From positions 1 through 57,203 of the forward strand of contig NW_021833640.1 of the NCBI RefSeq assembly GCF_006345805.1: DNA of 57,203 bases, given 5' to 3'. The position numbers and the translations under genes were made by a program. How positions within the stretch are numbered: the first letter of the stretch is position 1; each line of letters opens with the position of its first letter. The notes beneath the pieces were generated by a model. It saw only the letters and a list, made by a program, of their open reading frames with translations, had not been told where the DNA came from and ran no database searches. This DNA comes from Octopus sinensis (lineage: Eukaryota). Of this stretch, positions 20,386 through 32,900 are shown in pieces.

Positions 20386-21468
20386 TAACGTTTACTTCTT
20401 AGATATAATACAATAAAGTTCTAAGTGTAGAATATGAATATCCAAGGGTTTCTTACTCAATCAGTGATTCCATACCATTTCGATAGCAGACGTCGTTATC
20501 TGTTTTTCGCGTGGCTGCATCTTCATTACGAGATACGAGAGCAAGATCAGATAGGAACTACACAACACTGGCTCCAGTTCACCGCATATCTCTAACAGAA
20601 GGGGGAAATGCCACTTCAAGGAGTTAATAATTAATTGCAGTCGGATAAAGTATGCATATTGCGTTCGTCATAAATAATGTGTGGCTTTATTTTCACGTTC
20701 CGTGTCCTTTTCTATTCGGAAAATACAACCCTCATGTTTGGCTTGTGAAGAAATTAGCAATAGCTACTCTCACTGCAAGCTTGTCATGTGAGCTAATTTT
20801 TAATACATTCTCTAATCTAGTTACTATCTTCTCACATCAATCTACATTTTGCTATCACTAGTTACTTCTTAAAACCTATCATATTTACTCTAATATGTGT
20901 GTATGTGTGTATACATAGACACACACATTTATACACACACACACATATATATACGTACACACGCATACATATACACACATATATTTTTATTTTTATTTTA
21001 TCTAGTTTCAGCTCACGAGCTGTAGCCATGCTGGGGCACCGCCATATAGTTGAAATTCATAGAAAAACAAAAGACGAAGACATGTGTACGAACAACAAGC
21101 CTGTGTATTAGTTTGATGCTCGGGAAAATGAAAAAGTCATTTACGTTTCGAGCCTATGCTCTTCAACAGAAAGGAATAAGATGAAATAAACAGAGAGAGA
21201 GAATGAAAATGAAAAAAAAAACTTGTAGATTTCGGTGGTCCATAAATATATATACATCTGTTTGTCTCCCACCGCTGCTTGACAATCGGTGCTGGTTTGT
21301 TTACGTCACTGTAACCTGGAGGTTCTACAAAAGAAGGCGACAGAATGAGTGCAGGGCATTAAAAATAAAAAAAGAGTTCTGGGGTTGATTCGTTCGACTA
21401 AGTCCCTTCTAGCTGGTGCCCCAGAAAGAAGTAAAAGATAATATTGTATGCGTGTGTCTGTGTGTGAA

Positions 21469-21535
<67 letters not shown>

Positions 21536-21884
21536 AACAACAACAACAACGACAGATTCTACTGCCATTAGACGATGTATGAGGATTCTGCAATTACTTA
21601 CTAAGCAACCACACAGATGGTTTATTTATTGTGATTAAATGCTTGCGTTCACATAAGCTCGCACTCTCTATCAAATCGACATAATCTGTACAGTTGCAAG
21701 ACGTGCAACATGTCATATAATGAAACGATCGCAAAGCAACGTGACATAAAGTGTCTTGCTCAACGCACGGTCTGCCAATTGAAATCACAATCTCGCAAAC
21801 GTGAGTGCAACACCTTAACCACTAAGCTATCTGCCTTCAGATAGATAGATAGACAGACAGTCAGATAGGTTTAATGAAGGTATA

Positions 21885-22175
21885 GGCGCAGGAGTGGGTG
21901 TGTGGTAAGTAGCTTGCTTACCAACAACATGGTCACGGGTTCAATCCCACTGCGTGACACCTTAGGAAAGTATTTTCTACTAAAGCACCGGGCCGACGAA
22001 AGCTTTGTGAGAGAATTTGGTAGACGGAAACTGAAAGCAGACCGTCATACATACATACAAACATACATACATACGAACATACATACATACATACATACAT
22101 ACATACATAATACATACATACAAGGTGGTGCTCCAGCATGACCGCAGTCAAATGACTGAAACCAATAAAAAAATT
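21885..22175 (+). mobile_element. SINE family A with internal deletion
   Basis: ggcgcaggagtgggtgtgtggtaagtagc head; ggtggtgctccagcatgacc tail. Confidence 0.8.
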
Positions 22176-22361
22176 AAAATAATATGTATTTTGTTTTTAA
22201 TTCACCAGCTTTCGTTGAATATTTATTCCCAATATTCCAGCCTCCATAGCGCGCTAATCTGTTCTTGGTAACCTTTTGTATGAGGTTGACGACGCATTCA
22301 CCTTCCAGTAACTTGCCCTCTCCTACTTTCCCTATTTCTCTCTATAACTTTCTGTCTCTGC

Positions 22362-22421
22362 ATGTTTCCCTATTTCTAAGAATTTATTTATTTATATAGG
22401 TATTTAACTATATGTGTGCTG

Positions 22422-22487
<66 letters not shown>

Positions 22488-22573
22488 ATATATATATGTA
22501 TATATATGTATATCAGCACACATATAGTTAAATACCTACATAAATAAATAAATTCTTAGAAATAGGGAAACAT
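22362..22573. repeat. Near-perfect inverted repeat (~70-bp arms, 1 mismatch) centred on (TA)n/(TG)n
   Basis: 22362-22430 versus 22504-22573. Confidence 0.9.
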
Positions 22574-22576
22574 ATA

Positions 22577-22683
<107 letters not shown>

Positions 22684-23160
22684 GTACATTTATATATATT
22701 ATATATACATATATATATGTATGTATGGATGGATGTATGTATGTATGTATTTATACATGCATAGATAGACGGATAGATGGAGACATACATACATACACAC
22801 ACACATATATATATACACATATACGTATGTATATATATACATATAACATATATACATGTGTATATATATCTATATATGTATACGTGTGTATACATTATAT
22901 ATGTATACATTATATATGTATATGTATTTATATTTATATATGTATATGTGTATATATTATATATGTATATATATTTATATTTATATACATGTATGTGTGT
23001 ATAAATTCATATTTATATATTTATATTATGTGTGCATTTATTTATATTTGTATATGTTTTGTGTGCACGTATTTGTATACAAAAACATATATATATATAT
23101 ACATACATATATACATTCATATATATGTGCATACATATGTGTATGTATGTATATATATAT

Positions 23161-23218
<58 letters not shown>

Positions 23219-23425
23219 CATATATATATATATATGTACGTATGTATGTATATTTATATACACTAACATAATATCTGAGTGTATGTGCTTGTGTGTTTAT
23301 GTACATATACACAATTAAATGTTTGCATATATATATACACACACAAACATATATATATATATATATAATATATTATATATATATATATACACATACATAC
23401 ATACATACATACATACATACATACA

Positions 23426-23456
<31 letters not shown>

Positions 23457-24683
23457 GCACGCACACACATACAGATGCGTGCGCGTGTAGAGGTGTTTAG
23501 CAAAACAACCACGAACGGCACATACAAATTGATTGAGATGGAATATCAGGTGTCACTGATATTTCGATAAAATACCACATTAAGCTATAATTGTTTCGTG
23601 ATAAGGCGATTTAGAGCTGCCTCTAAATAAGCTCTTTGTCGTGACAACCATGATAGCGTGGTTATCAATACCTGCGCTGGCATATTGCTTAATAGATCTA
23701 GTATTAGCCTGTCGGGGCAGTATTACAGCTTTCGTATGTGTCGAATATATCTTTTAGTAGAAGCTTAATATCTCTTTCCTGCGATGCATCCGAAACGGTT
23801 TTTTTTTCTTTTTCTTTTCTAAAGATTAACTGCGGAAAAAACAGTTTGGTTCTAGTGAGCTCTTAATTCGTTTCGATGTTTCAGTATGTTTCTTTATATA
23901 ATTATATATGTATGTATTATATGTTTGTTCTTTAGATTTACATATGTGTCTGTGTGTGTGCTTGTATTTCATTTGGGTTTGTCTGATTGCACAAGAATTA
24001 GAAACGGGTCTATTATTGTAAAAAAATTTGAGTTTCGCTAAGGTTCCTCACATTCAAATCTTAAGAAATTAAAAAAAAAAAAAACAAAATAAAAGACACG
24101 TTAGATATTCTAATCCTGAATATAAGTTACCTCAAAAAACCCTAAATCACCAAGATTGGGAATACATTCCAGCGTTAGTATCTTGGATAAGGGATGAATA
24201 TAAATTAAATAATAACCATATTTAATGAAATATGCATAAAAATTCTGGCATGCATATGAATTTATCAGAGAAAGACTAATTAATTACCTCTCCAACAAAT
24301 TATTATATTTTTTAAAATGTTTCTTCATATCATTTCGGTATTACTTGAATGCACATAACGCACAAAAATGTTGACCATATCGAGACCCTAGCTCAGAATG
24401 TATATGTATAGCTGTGTGTGTGTATGTGTGTGTGTGTATATATATTTATATATGTATATGTGTGTATATATTCGGTTTACCGGTGAGTGTGTTAAATAAT
24501 AAGGCACTAAAAGAGAATGACTCTCCCCAGACACAACAGAATGTGTGTATATTTATATTTATATATATTTTCTGTGCACGTATTTGTATACAAAATCATA
24601 TGTAGATATAAATATATATATACATGTATATATATATTCATATATATGTGCATACATATGTGTATGTATGTATATATATATAT

Positions 24684-24816
<133 letters not shown>

Positions 24817-25019
24817 GTATATTTATATACACTGACATAATATTGAGTGTATGTGCTTGTGTGTTTATGTACATATACACATTTAAATGTTTGGATACAT
24901 ATATATACATATATACACACATACAAGCATATATTTACGTACATATATGTGTGTATATATATATATAAAACTGTGAAGTAAATATATACATAATGTGTGC
25001 AGGGGGGGATGTGTGGATA

Positions 25020-25380
25020 GGCGCAGGAGCGGCTGTGTAGTAAGTAGCTTGCTTACCAACAACATGATTCCGGTGCGTAGCATCTTGATCAGGTGTCTTC
25101 TAATATAGTCTCAGGGCGACCAAAGCCTCGTGAGTGGATCTGGTAGACGGAAACTGAAAGAAGCCCGTCATATATATGTCTATATGTGTGTATATGTTTG
25201 TGTGTGTGTGTTTGACTCCCAACATCGCTTGACAACCGTAACTTATCGGTTCGGCAAAAGATCCCGATAGAATAAGTACTAGGCTTCCAAGGAATAAGTC
25301 TTGGGTTGATTTGCTCGAATAAAGGCGGTGCTCCAGCATGGCCGCAGTCAAATGACTGAAACAAGTAAGAGTAAAAAAGA
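25020..25380 (+). mobile_element. SINE family A
   Basis: ggcgcaggagcggctgtgtagtaag head; tail agtaagagtaaaa. Confidence 0.8.
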
Positions 25381-25426
25381 AATGTGTGTGCGTGCGCACA
25401 AGCGCGTGTATGAGTGTGAATATATC

Positions 25427-25743
25427 GTGACACTCCGTTGGTTACGATGACGACGGTTCTAGTTGATCCAATCAACGGAACAGCCTGCTCGTGAAATTAA
25501 CATGCAAGTGGCTGAGCACTCCACAGACACGTATACCCTTAACGTAGTTCTCGGGGAGATTCAGCGTGATAGAGTATAACAAGGCTGGCCCTTTGAAATG
25601 CAAGTACATGAGAAACAGGAAGAAAGAGTGAAAGAAAGTTGTGGTGAAAGATTACAGGAGGGTTCGCCACCATATCCTTTAGGTGTTTTCGCTCTAGGAA
25701 TCGAATCCGCGAGTCCGCTGCTCTAAGAACTGGGCCATTGCGC
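25427..25743 (-). mobile_element. SINE family B with internal deletion
   Basis: Reverse complement of 13096-13470. Confidence 0.8.
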
Positions 25744-25855
25744 ATCCACGTGTGAAGATATATGTTGAAATAGTTAAGAGGTTTCACGCAAGGAAATTTA
25801 TATTAAAAAAACAAATCAAAAATGCTTTGAGAGCTTTGTCATGAAATAAAGAAAA

Positions 25856-26040
25856 TCTATTATATTAAATCCGTTCTGTCTGTGTGTGTGTGTGTGTGTC
25901 TTCTACGATCTCGGGAATTCTCCATCCGATTGCGCTCAAATTTGATATGTAGATACCGACGGTATCAGGGCGTGTATAAGTCTTGAAAAAAATTACAAAA
26001 ATCGATTCCAGGTGAGAATGCGATCGATAAAGCCTTTGTG
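25856..26040 (+). mobile_element. Helitron-like 5' end fragment
   Basis: A|TCTATTATATTAAATCCGTTCTGTCTG(TG)n...ccgattgcgctcaaattt; no 3' CTAG hairpin seen. Confidence 0.45.
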
Positions 26041-26642
26041 TTCTCCCAGTCAAAAACCTTATCATTACTGGTACTTTAAAGTCTTCGGTTACATATTTAT
26101 GTGAATAAAATCGTTTTTCTTTGGAATAGAAAAAAGTCTATCTTTATTTCTTTTTTTGCTGGTGTCTGAAATTTAGGTTAAATCAGTGTTTCTCAAAGGG
26201 GGCCTATGGGACGGACGGACAAGTTGTTTTGAGAAAATTTGGTTTAAATGTTTGACAACTCAGCACCGTCCATTGGACGCGGGGCGTTTTGCTCGTATTT
26301 ACATATTTATCAAAATATGCTACTGGTTTCAATTTTTTTAAGTCACTTTAGTCATGTTGTGGATGAAACGAAAATAAATTGCAATAAATTAAGCAAGTCT
26401 TCCATGATGTCACTTTCAGTAGTTCACATGTTTCTTCTTGAAATACTTAAATAATGTTTGTAATTGGTCATTTTCTGATAGATGCTGAGTCGTATATTTC
26501 TTTGTTCTTTCATAACGTTTGCTCTTATAATCTCACGCTAACTATTCTTAACATATTTTTCTTTCGCTCTGGCTTTCACACTATCTATATCTGTCTCTCA
26601 CTCAGCAGTTCATCCTGCCTATCACAAACATACACACACACA

Positions 26643-26673
<31 letters not shown>

Positions 26674-26991
26674 CTATTCCTAACATATTTTATTCAACAT
26701 TTCCCTCTCCAGCATTCATTTGGACTTTCATCATCTTTCTCTCTCTCTCTCTCTCTCTCCTTCTCTCCTTCTGTCTATTTCTCTCTCTTTCTTTCACACA
26801 TACTCTCTCTCTCTTTCTATCTATCTATCTATCTCTATCTCTTTCTATCCCTCCCTCTCCCACACGCATTCACTATTTCTACCATATTTTACTCAACATT
26901 TCCCTCCCCAATATTCATTTGGACTTTCATCACCGTTCTCTCTCTCCTCCTGTCTGTCTCGCTCTGTCTTTTGTTTCTCTGTCTCTGTCTG

Positions 26992-27057
<66 letters not shown>

Positions 27058-27181
27058 ACTATTTCTACCATATTTTACTCAAAATTTCCCTCCCCAACAT
27101 TCATTTGAACTTTCATCACCCTTCCCTCTCTCCCCTTGACTGTCTGTCTACTTCTCTCTCTCTCTCTCACTCTCTCACTCA

Positions 27182-27232
<51 letters not shown>

Positions 27233-27365
27233 TCTCTCTCTTCTGCTGTTACATTCTCTCACATCATTTCATTCCTATCCTTTCACATATTCAAACATAT
27301 CTTCACCTTCAGTTTACGTCGTCACCAATTAATCGTCTGCTCTTTCTATTTCTTTCTAATTCCAG

Positions 27366-27554
27366 ATACCAGCTGAAGCCAAGGATAATGATATGCTGTT
27401 TGGTCTCCTGTCAGGCTTTGGCAGTTTCGCTGGCATCATAATGTTCTGCTGCTGTTGGTGGTGCTGCTGCTGCCGTGATAGCAAGGACGGTAAAGTGGCA
27501 CCACCGCTCCCACCACAGCAGAAAGTTAGTGAAAGACCTGCCACTATATCTTAA
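27366..27554 (+). CDS. Probable host-gene exon encoding a transmembrane helix plus juxtamembrane cysteine cluster
   Basis: Strong acceptor tctttctatttctttctaattccag|; open frame IPAEAKDNDMLFGLLSGFGSFAGIIMFCCCWWCCCCRDSKDGKVAPPLPPQQKVSERPATIS*. GC-rich island in AT-rich surroundings; possible donors at 27490 (gtaaag) and 27525 (gttagt). Confidence 0.55.
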   Translation: MPAEAKDNDMLFGLLSGFGSFAGIIMFCCCWWCCCCRDSKDGKVAPPLPPQQKVSERPATIS

Positions 27555-28061
27555 ATGTATTTTATTCATTTATATTTCTTTACTTTTTCATCAATCTTTC
27601 TTGCTTTCATTTTCTTAAGCTAACATTCTATATCCCTTCTGCTTTCTCACTTCTCCTCCATGAATTTTCAATTTTTCTGATCCGTCTCTCATTCTATCTC
27701 TCTCTCTCTCACACACACACACACACGCATACACACACACACATACATACATACATAGAAACAAACAGAGACACACACACACAGACAAATACACACTCAC
27801 ACATACAAGCACGTATAGTTATACGTTTGCTACGTTTCAAAACAGGAATGTAATTGTAATCAATATATTGCAATGCAGAAATTATTCAAAAGTTAGAAGC
27901 GAAAATTTTAGACTTTCCCATTTTGATATTGTTCCTCCAGTGGCCTTGAGGAAAATGTTAACCATTCAGATTAATGGTGGAATAAGGCCACAATTTCACC
28001 TCTACGAAGTTGTATATAGATATATATGTATATCTTAAAACACACACATACACAAACATTT

Positions 28062-28110
<49 letters not shown>

Positions 28111-29198
28111 TTCCTCCCCATGCCTGTCATCTCATATGTCCCTGCCGTAAGGCTTTACTTCCACACAAGCCAGCTTAATTTAATTCAACCTTAGTCGAAA
28201 GACACTTGTTCATGTCCTGTTATTTACATTTGTATTTGTGTATCATTTCTCCGTTTTTTTTTCGTCCTTGCTTTCGTATACACTCGTTGCTTTCTTCCAA
28301 GGGATCTATTGCTCTTAGCTTAGTTTTTCCTTGGGGCTGGCCAGATTGGAGCAATCTCGTGTATAACCAGTCAAAATTGCAAAGATAATCTAGAACTTGA
28401 CTGAGGAAAGAAAACTCCGAATTACCCGTCCTTGTTTTTTCTTGCCCCTTTTTGTATCATCTGTCTGCGTTCTTGTCCCATTTTTGTATCCTTATATATA
28501 TATATATATATATATATGGCAGAATACATATGTATGTGTGTATGCATGATTGTATATATGTCATTATTCAGTTTTATTTCAAGATTTCTTGCCATCACGG
28601 AAAGGGCCAGTTTCTAACCTTCATTGGAATTTCAACATCAACAGAGTATTTTTGTGTGTATGTAAGTACCCATGTATGTATGTATGTATGTATGTATGTA
28701 TGTATGTAGATTTCTATGTTTTGTTTTATGTATATATTTTCATGCATACAGTTGCATATCTAGACATGTCCACGTATACACAAATGATAAACGTCTGGAA
28801 ATTTTTTTACTGATCTTTACGTATGTACGTTTTTCTATGTATGTACGTATGCATATCTTTTTTCGTATAAAAGTCTGTTGGCAATTGGAAAAGATTAGGT
28901 TCAATAGTCGTATTGATAACGGCTCTTGACCCAGAAACTCGTGTCCAAGACTGGCCTCGTATCTCCAGACTATAATCCTAGCTTTTTGTTAATAGCAAGA
29001 CGAATGTATCTCCTTTCTCAAGTAGATTTTGACTTAATGGTTGTTTGGTAATTACAGTACATCTAGAGTCGGAGATAACTTTAACAAACCAAGAATTCAT
29101 ATTGTATGGTATTTAATATATATGTATTTGTCAATATGTGTGTGCATATATATATATATATTTACACGTATATATATATGCATATAAATATGTGTATG

Positions 29199-29266
<68 letters not shown>

Positions 29267-29853
29267 GTGTGAGCAAGCATTATGTATGTATGCTTGCGTG
29301 TGTTTCTGTTCCTCACAATCTTTCGACTGTTACCATTTTCGCCCAACTTATCAATGAATATTTCTATTGCTATCGACATTTACATATTACAGTGCGTGCG
29401 CTCGCGCACAAACACACACACACACATACACACACACATACACAAAAGCACGCGCAAACACAACACACACGCAAAGACGCGTACATACTCACTCTCACAC
29501 GTATAAGTCTAGATATGAATCTATCTGTCTATCTTCCTACTTATCTACCTCTCTATCTCTCCGTCTATTTATTCCATCTCCAGATGTCTTTCACTCCATC
29601 ATTTCACCAAGGAAAACACGCTAAGTCTGTGGAAATTCGCTGCTCAGTAACCTATTTCTATGAATTTTGCTTCAGTAACTCTACATACAACAAGAGAGAA
29701 ATATATATATATATATATTATATATATATATATTATATATATATATATGTATGTATGTATGTATATATATATAGTTAATCCAAACATGAAAACGCGAGAA
29801 CGTGGAACAAATATAGTATTATTGGACGCTCAGGAAGGAAGGGAAGAAGGAGG

Positions 29854-29888
29854 GTTTTACGTTTCGAGCGGAGCTCTTCGTCAGAAAC
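29854..29888 (-). ncRNA. Penelope-type minimal hammerhead ribozyme motif
   Basis: Minus strand guuu CUGACGA a gagc-ucc-gcuc GAAA CGUA aaac: intact core, 4-bp stem II, palindromic ACGU stem III, 4-bp stem I. Confidence 0.55.
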
Positions 29889-30729
29889 ATAGGAAAAGGA
29901 AAGACATATATATATAATAAATTCATAAAATAAATTCAACGTGAAAAGGAAATAGGAAATTGTATGTTTGCAGATTTGACACCTTTTGAAACACACACTG
30001 ATGTATGGCTGTTTCAGAGGTCCAAGAAGCAAGAAACTCCCAGAATTCCGTTATATATACACACACGTGTGTGTGTGTGTGTTTGTGTACCGGATGATTC
30101 CTTCACTTTTCCCTCTGAACGTCGTCCTGAAATTCTAAAGAAGCAAAAACGAAACTACATGACCAACTGGAAAAGATGCGGCAGATGAAAAACCAATAAA
30201 TCGTGAAGGTCACGATTATGATTATTATTTTTACTATTATGATTTTTAATATTATTATGATTATTATTATTATTGATATCATTATTAATGTTAATAATAA
30301 AAACAAAAAATAAAATTAAAGAAATATTATTATTTTTGTTGTCATTTCATTCTACAATAAATTGCTGTCATTTGCAATAAATTACTTCTTTTTTATGTTG
30401 TTTTTTTTTTTTTTAAGCTGAATCATCAAGCTTTAACAAAAGCTGACATATTCAGAGAAATTATAAGTGTAAAAGTGTGCTTGGGACTTTTAGAGTGTTT
30501 GCATGTTTGTTCCAGATGATGCGGTAGATTTTGGGACGTAAATTTAATCCTCAGGTGATAACTGATAACACGTTCACGTCTGTTGCCCAGCATCACTACA
30601 TTCTTGATATTTCTACGATTAATTTATATATCACTTTCTACTTCTTTTGATATTGCTTTTGATATTATTATTATTATTATTATTAATATTATTATTAATA
30701 TTATCATTATTAATATTATTATTATTAAG

Positions 30730-30763
<34 letters not shown>

Positions 30764-30767
30764 GTAT

Positions 30768-30817
<50 letters not shown>

Positions 30818-31032
30818 TTTTTCCTTCTTCAAATTTTCTTCCGTTTCTCACCAAGTGTCTTCCGTACACCTAGGAAAGAGAAGTTCATTTGTATGCATTC
30901 CCAGATTACACACGGAAATTCACAGATAAAATATGCATTTAAAAAATTAATAAATAAATAAATTCAGGAATGGATATTGTTTTCACAGCGATAATGCTCT
31001 TCTCAGTACATGAGTTGTTCCAGTTAACACGA
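30818..31032 (-). mobile_element. Short 5'-truncated Dong/R4 LINE copy
   Basis: Minus strand IVLTGTTHVLRRALSL* plus a 3' UTR homologous to 31055-31232; flanked by (TAA/TAC)n. Confidence 0.8.
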
Positions 31033-31054
31033 TTTATTATTATTATTATTATTA

Positions 31055-32008
31055 CTTTTTTTTTCTTCTTTCAAATTTGCTTCCATTTCTTGCCGAGTGT
31101 CTTCCCGACTCCTAGGGCAAAGAAACTCATAGTATACATTGGTAGGCCATTAAACCAAACTCAATAGTTCGCTCATTTAAAAAAATTTTTTTTTTTTTAA
31201 GTTAAATTAAAATCCATGAGCAGCAACAGTTCTCACATCGACAATGCTCTTCTCAATACGTGTGATGTACCAGTTAAGACAATCTTTTGCACTTCTTGCA
31301 GGGATGGTAAGCCAGGGATCATTCTCATATAATTTTCGGTTCCCTTCTTGATCATTCCTAGTGCTCCTACGATCACTGGTATTGTAACCGCCTTGAGATG
31401 CCACATTTTCTCAATTTCAATGAGTAGGTCTTTATATTTTCCGAGCTTGTCAAACTCTTTCGCTGAGATATTATGATCACAGGGGATGCTCATGTCGATC
31501 AATAAGCAAACTTTATTGTTTGGGTCTTTCACAACAATATCTGGTTTATTGGCCTTGATGGTTCGGTCTGTATGTACTGGAAAGTCCCACAGAATGGTTA
31601 CATTTTCTCCTTCAGTTACATCCTCAGGGTGGTGATTATACCACTTGTCGGCAGTTTTGATATTGTAATGCCGACTTATTAGCCAGTGTAGATATTGGCC
31701 AACTCTGTCATGTCTTAATTTATACTCCACTGGAGCTAAGACTTTACATCCAGAGATTAGGTGGTCCACTGTTTCAATCATGTCGTTGCAGAATCGGCAT
31801 TTTGGGTCTGCTCCATTTTTCATCACATTGGCCTGGTAGTTCCGGGTTAATAGGCTTTGATCTTGAGCAGCCAGGATGAAACCTTCGCTCTCTGCTTTTA
31901 GCCCTGAGCTCCGTAGCCACTGATGGGTTTGCTTCTGGTCAACATCAGCTTGTTTGCTGCGGGTCACATATTTGCCGTGCAGAGGTTTCTCCTCCCACCT
32001 ATCAGCCA
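31055..32008 (-). mobile_element. 5'-truncated Dong/R4-clade LINE inserted in (TAA)n
   Basis: C-terminal ORF plus 3' UTR ending ...gaaagaagaaaaaaaaag(taa)n; TAA arrays on both sides. Confidence 0.9.
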
Positions 32009-32009
32009 A
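31233..32009 (-). CDS. C-terminal part of R4/Dong ORF: CCHC zinc finger plus restriction-like endonuclease (partial; the start is the truncation point)
   Basis: CRFC...ETVDHLISGC zinc finger, RHD motif, KPDIVV...LLID PD-(D/E)xK nuclease, K..KY..L motif. Confidence 0.85.
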   Translation of the reverse strand: MADRWEEKPLHGKYVTRSKQADVDQKQTHQWLRSSGLKAESEGFILAAQDQSLLTRNYQANVMKNGADPKCRFCNDMIETVDHLISGCKVLAPVEYKLRHDRVGQYLHWLISRHYNIKTADKWYNHHPEDVTEGENVTILWDFPVHTDRTIKANKPDIVVKDPNNKVCLLIDMSIPCDHNISAKEFDKLGKYKDLLIEIEKMWHLKAVTIPVIVGALGMIKKGTENYMRMIPGLPSLQEVQKIVLTGTSHVLRRALSM

Positions 32010-32021
32010 TTATTATTATTA

Positions 32022-32109
<88 letters not shown>

Positions 32110-32900
32110 ACCCAAGCTGTATCCTTTACGTGCACATTTATTGTATCTCTTACAATAGAGAAAAATTTACGCTTTGGCGCAGATATATATTTATTCACAA
32201 ATTAAACTGTTTTGATAATTTGCGGTCACAAAGGATTAATTAAATTGAGGGCTCTTTGGAATTTGGACATGAGTTATAGTTTCAATAATATAGGGTTGAA
32301 TAAGAAAGAGTTAACAAGGTACTAGCAGATAAAAATGGTGGTTGGTGAATCTCCTTGGAAAATACCCCATTAAGTACGCTCAGATACACATCGGAAAATG
32401 TCAAATCGACTCACCATAACTTCACCTTTAATGTTGTCAGTTCTACTGTTATCTTGTTTGAACCCACGTAACTACAGTTATGCTACAGAAACTAGTATTG
32501 TCGGATCCTATCGGATTATCTTTTTGGATAATCCACCTATCATAACTTAATGATTACCAGTAATGGACGCATTCCTTTGCTATCCCACCTTTGCTATCCC
32601 ACCAGTTACTTAAGCTATAACTATTCCATTTTCAGTATCGTTCGTCAGTGATCAACTTCGTGGTTCAGAAGCCACATCAATGCTAAACACATTACCAGTC
32701 TGTAGTTGTTTATTTAAGGAATCTTTTGCGCTATCTGTCTCAATAAATATACATCTACCAATTGTTATCTTCCATAGACTACATTGCTATGCATTGAAAA
32801 ATATATCTTGTCAAGTGAAAATGCATTCTTAAATAGTTTAGTCAGTACTAGCAATATCCTGTTCTGTCTTTCCTGCTCGGTATTTCCATTAATTTTTTTC
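32110..32900 (-). pseudogene. Older, heavily decayed Dong/R4-like RT domain
   Basis: Minus strand WGIFQGDSPTTIF at 32341-32369 (cf. GIFQGDSLSPLLF), plus weaker RTILK...YDRWII and IIKTV matches; many stops. Confidence 0.55.

Noticed and set aside
20455-20640. CpG-containing patch that might be an exon
   Set aside because: No frame on either strand gives both convincing splice sites and recognisable protein.
26675-27140. Repeat-spacer-repeat pattern resembling CRISPR
   Set aside because: Eukaryotic context, spacers are microsatellites of unequal length, and there are no cas genes.
26454-27332. 292-aa ORF
   Set aside because: Runs through (CT)n/(CA)n tracts and the ~60-bp repeat units; no domain. 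The credible frame begins after the acceptor at 27365.
29964-30188. 74-aa ORF after a tgtttgcag acceptor
   Set aside because: Interrupted by a (GT)n microsatellite, has no donor and no homology cue.
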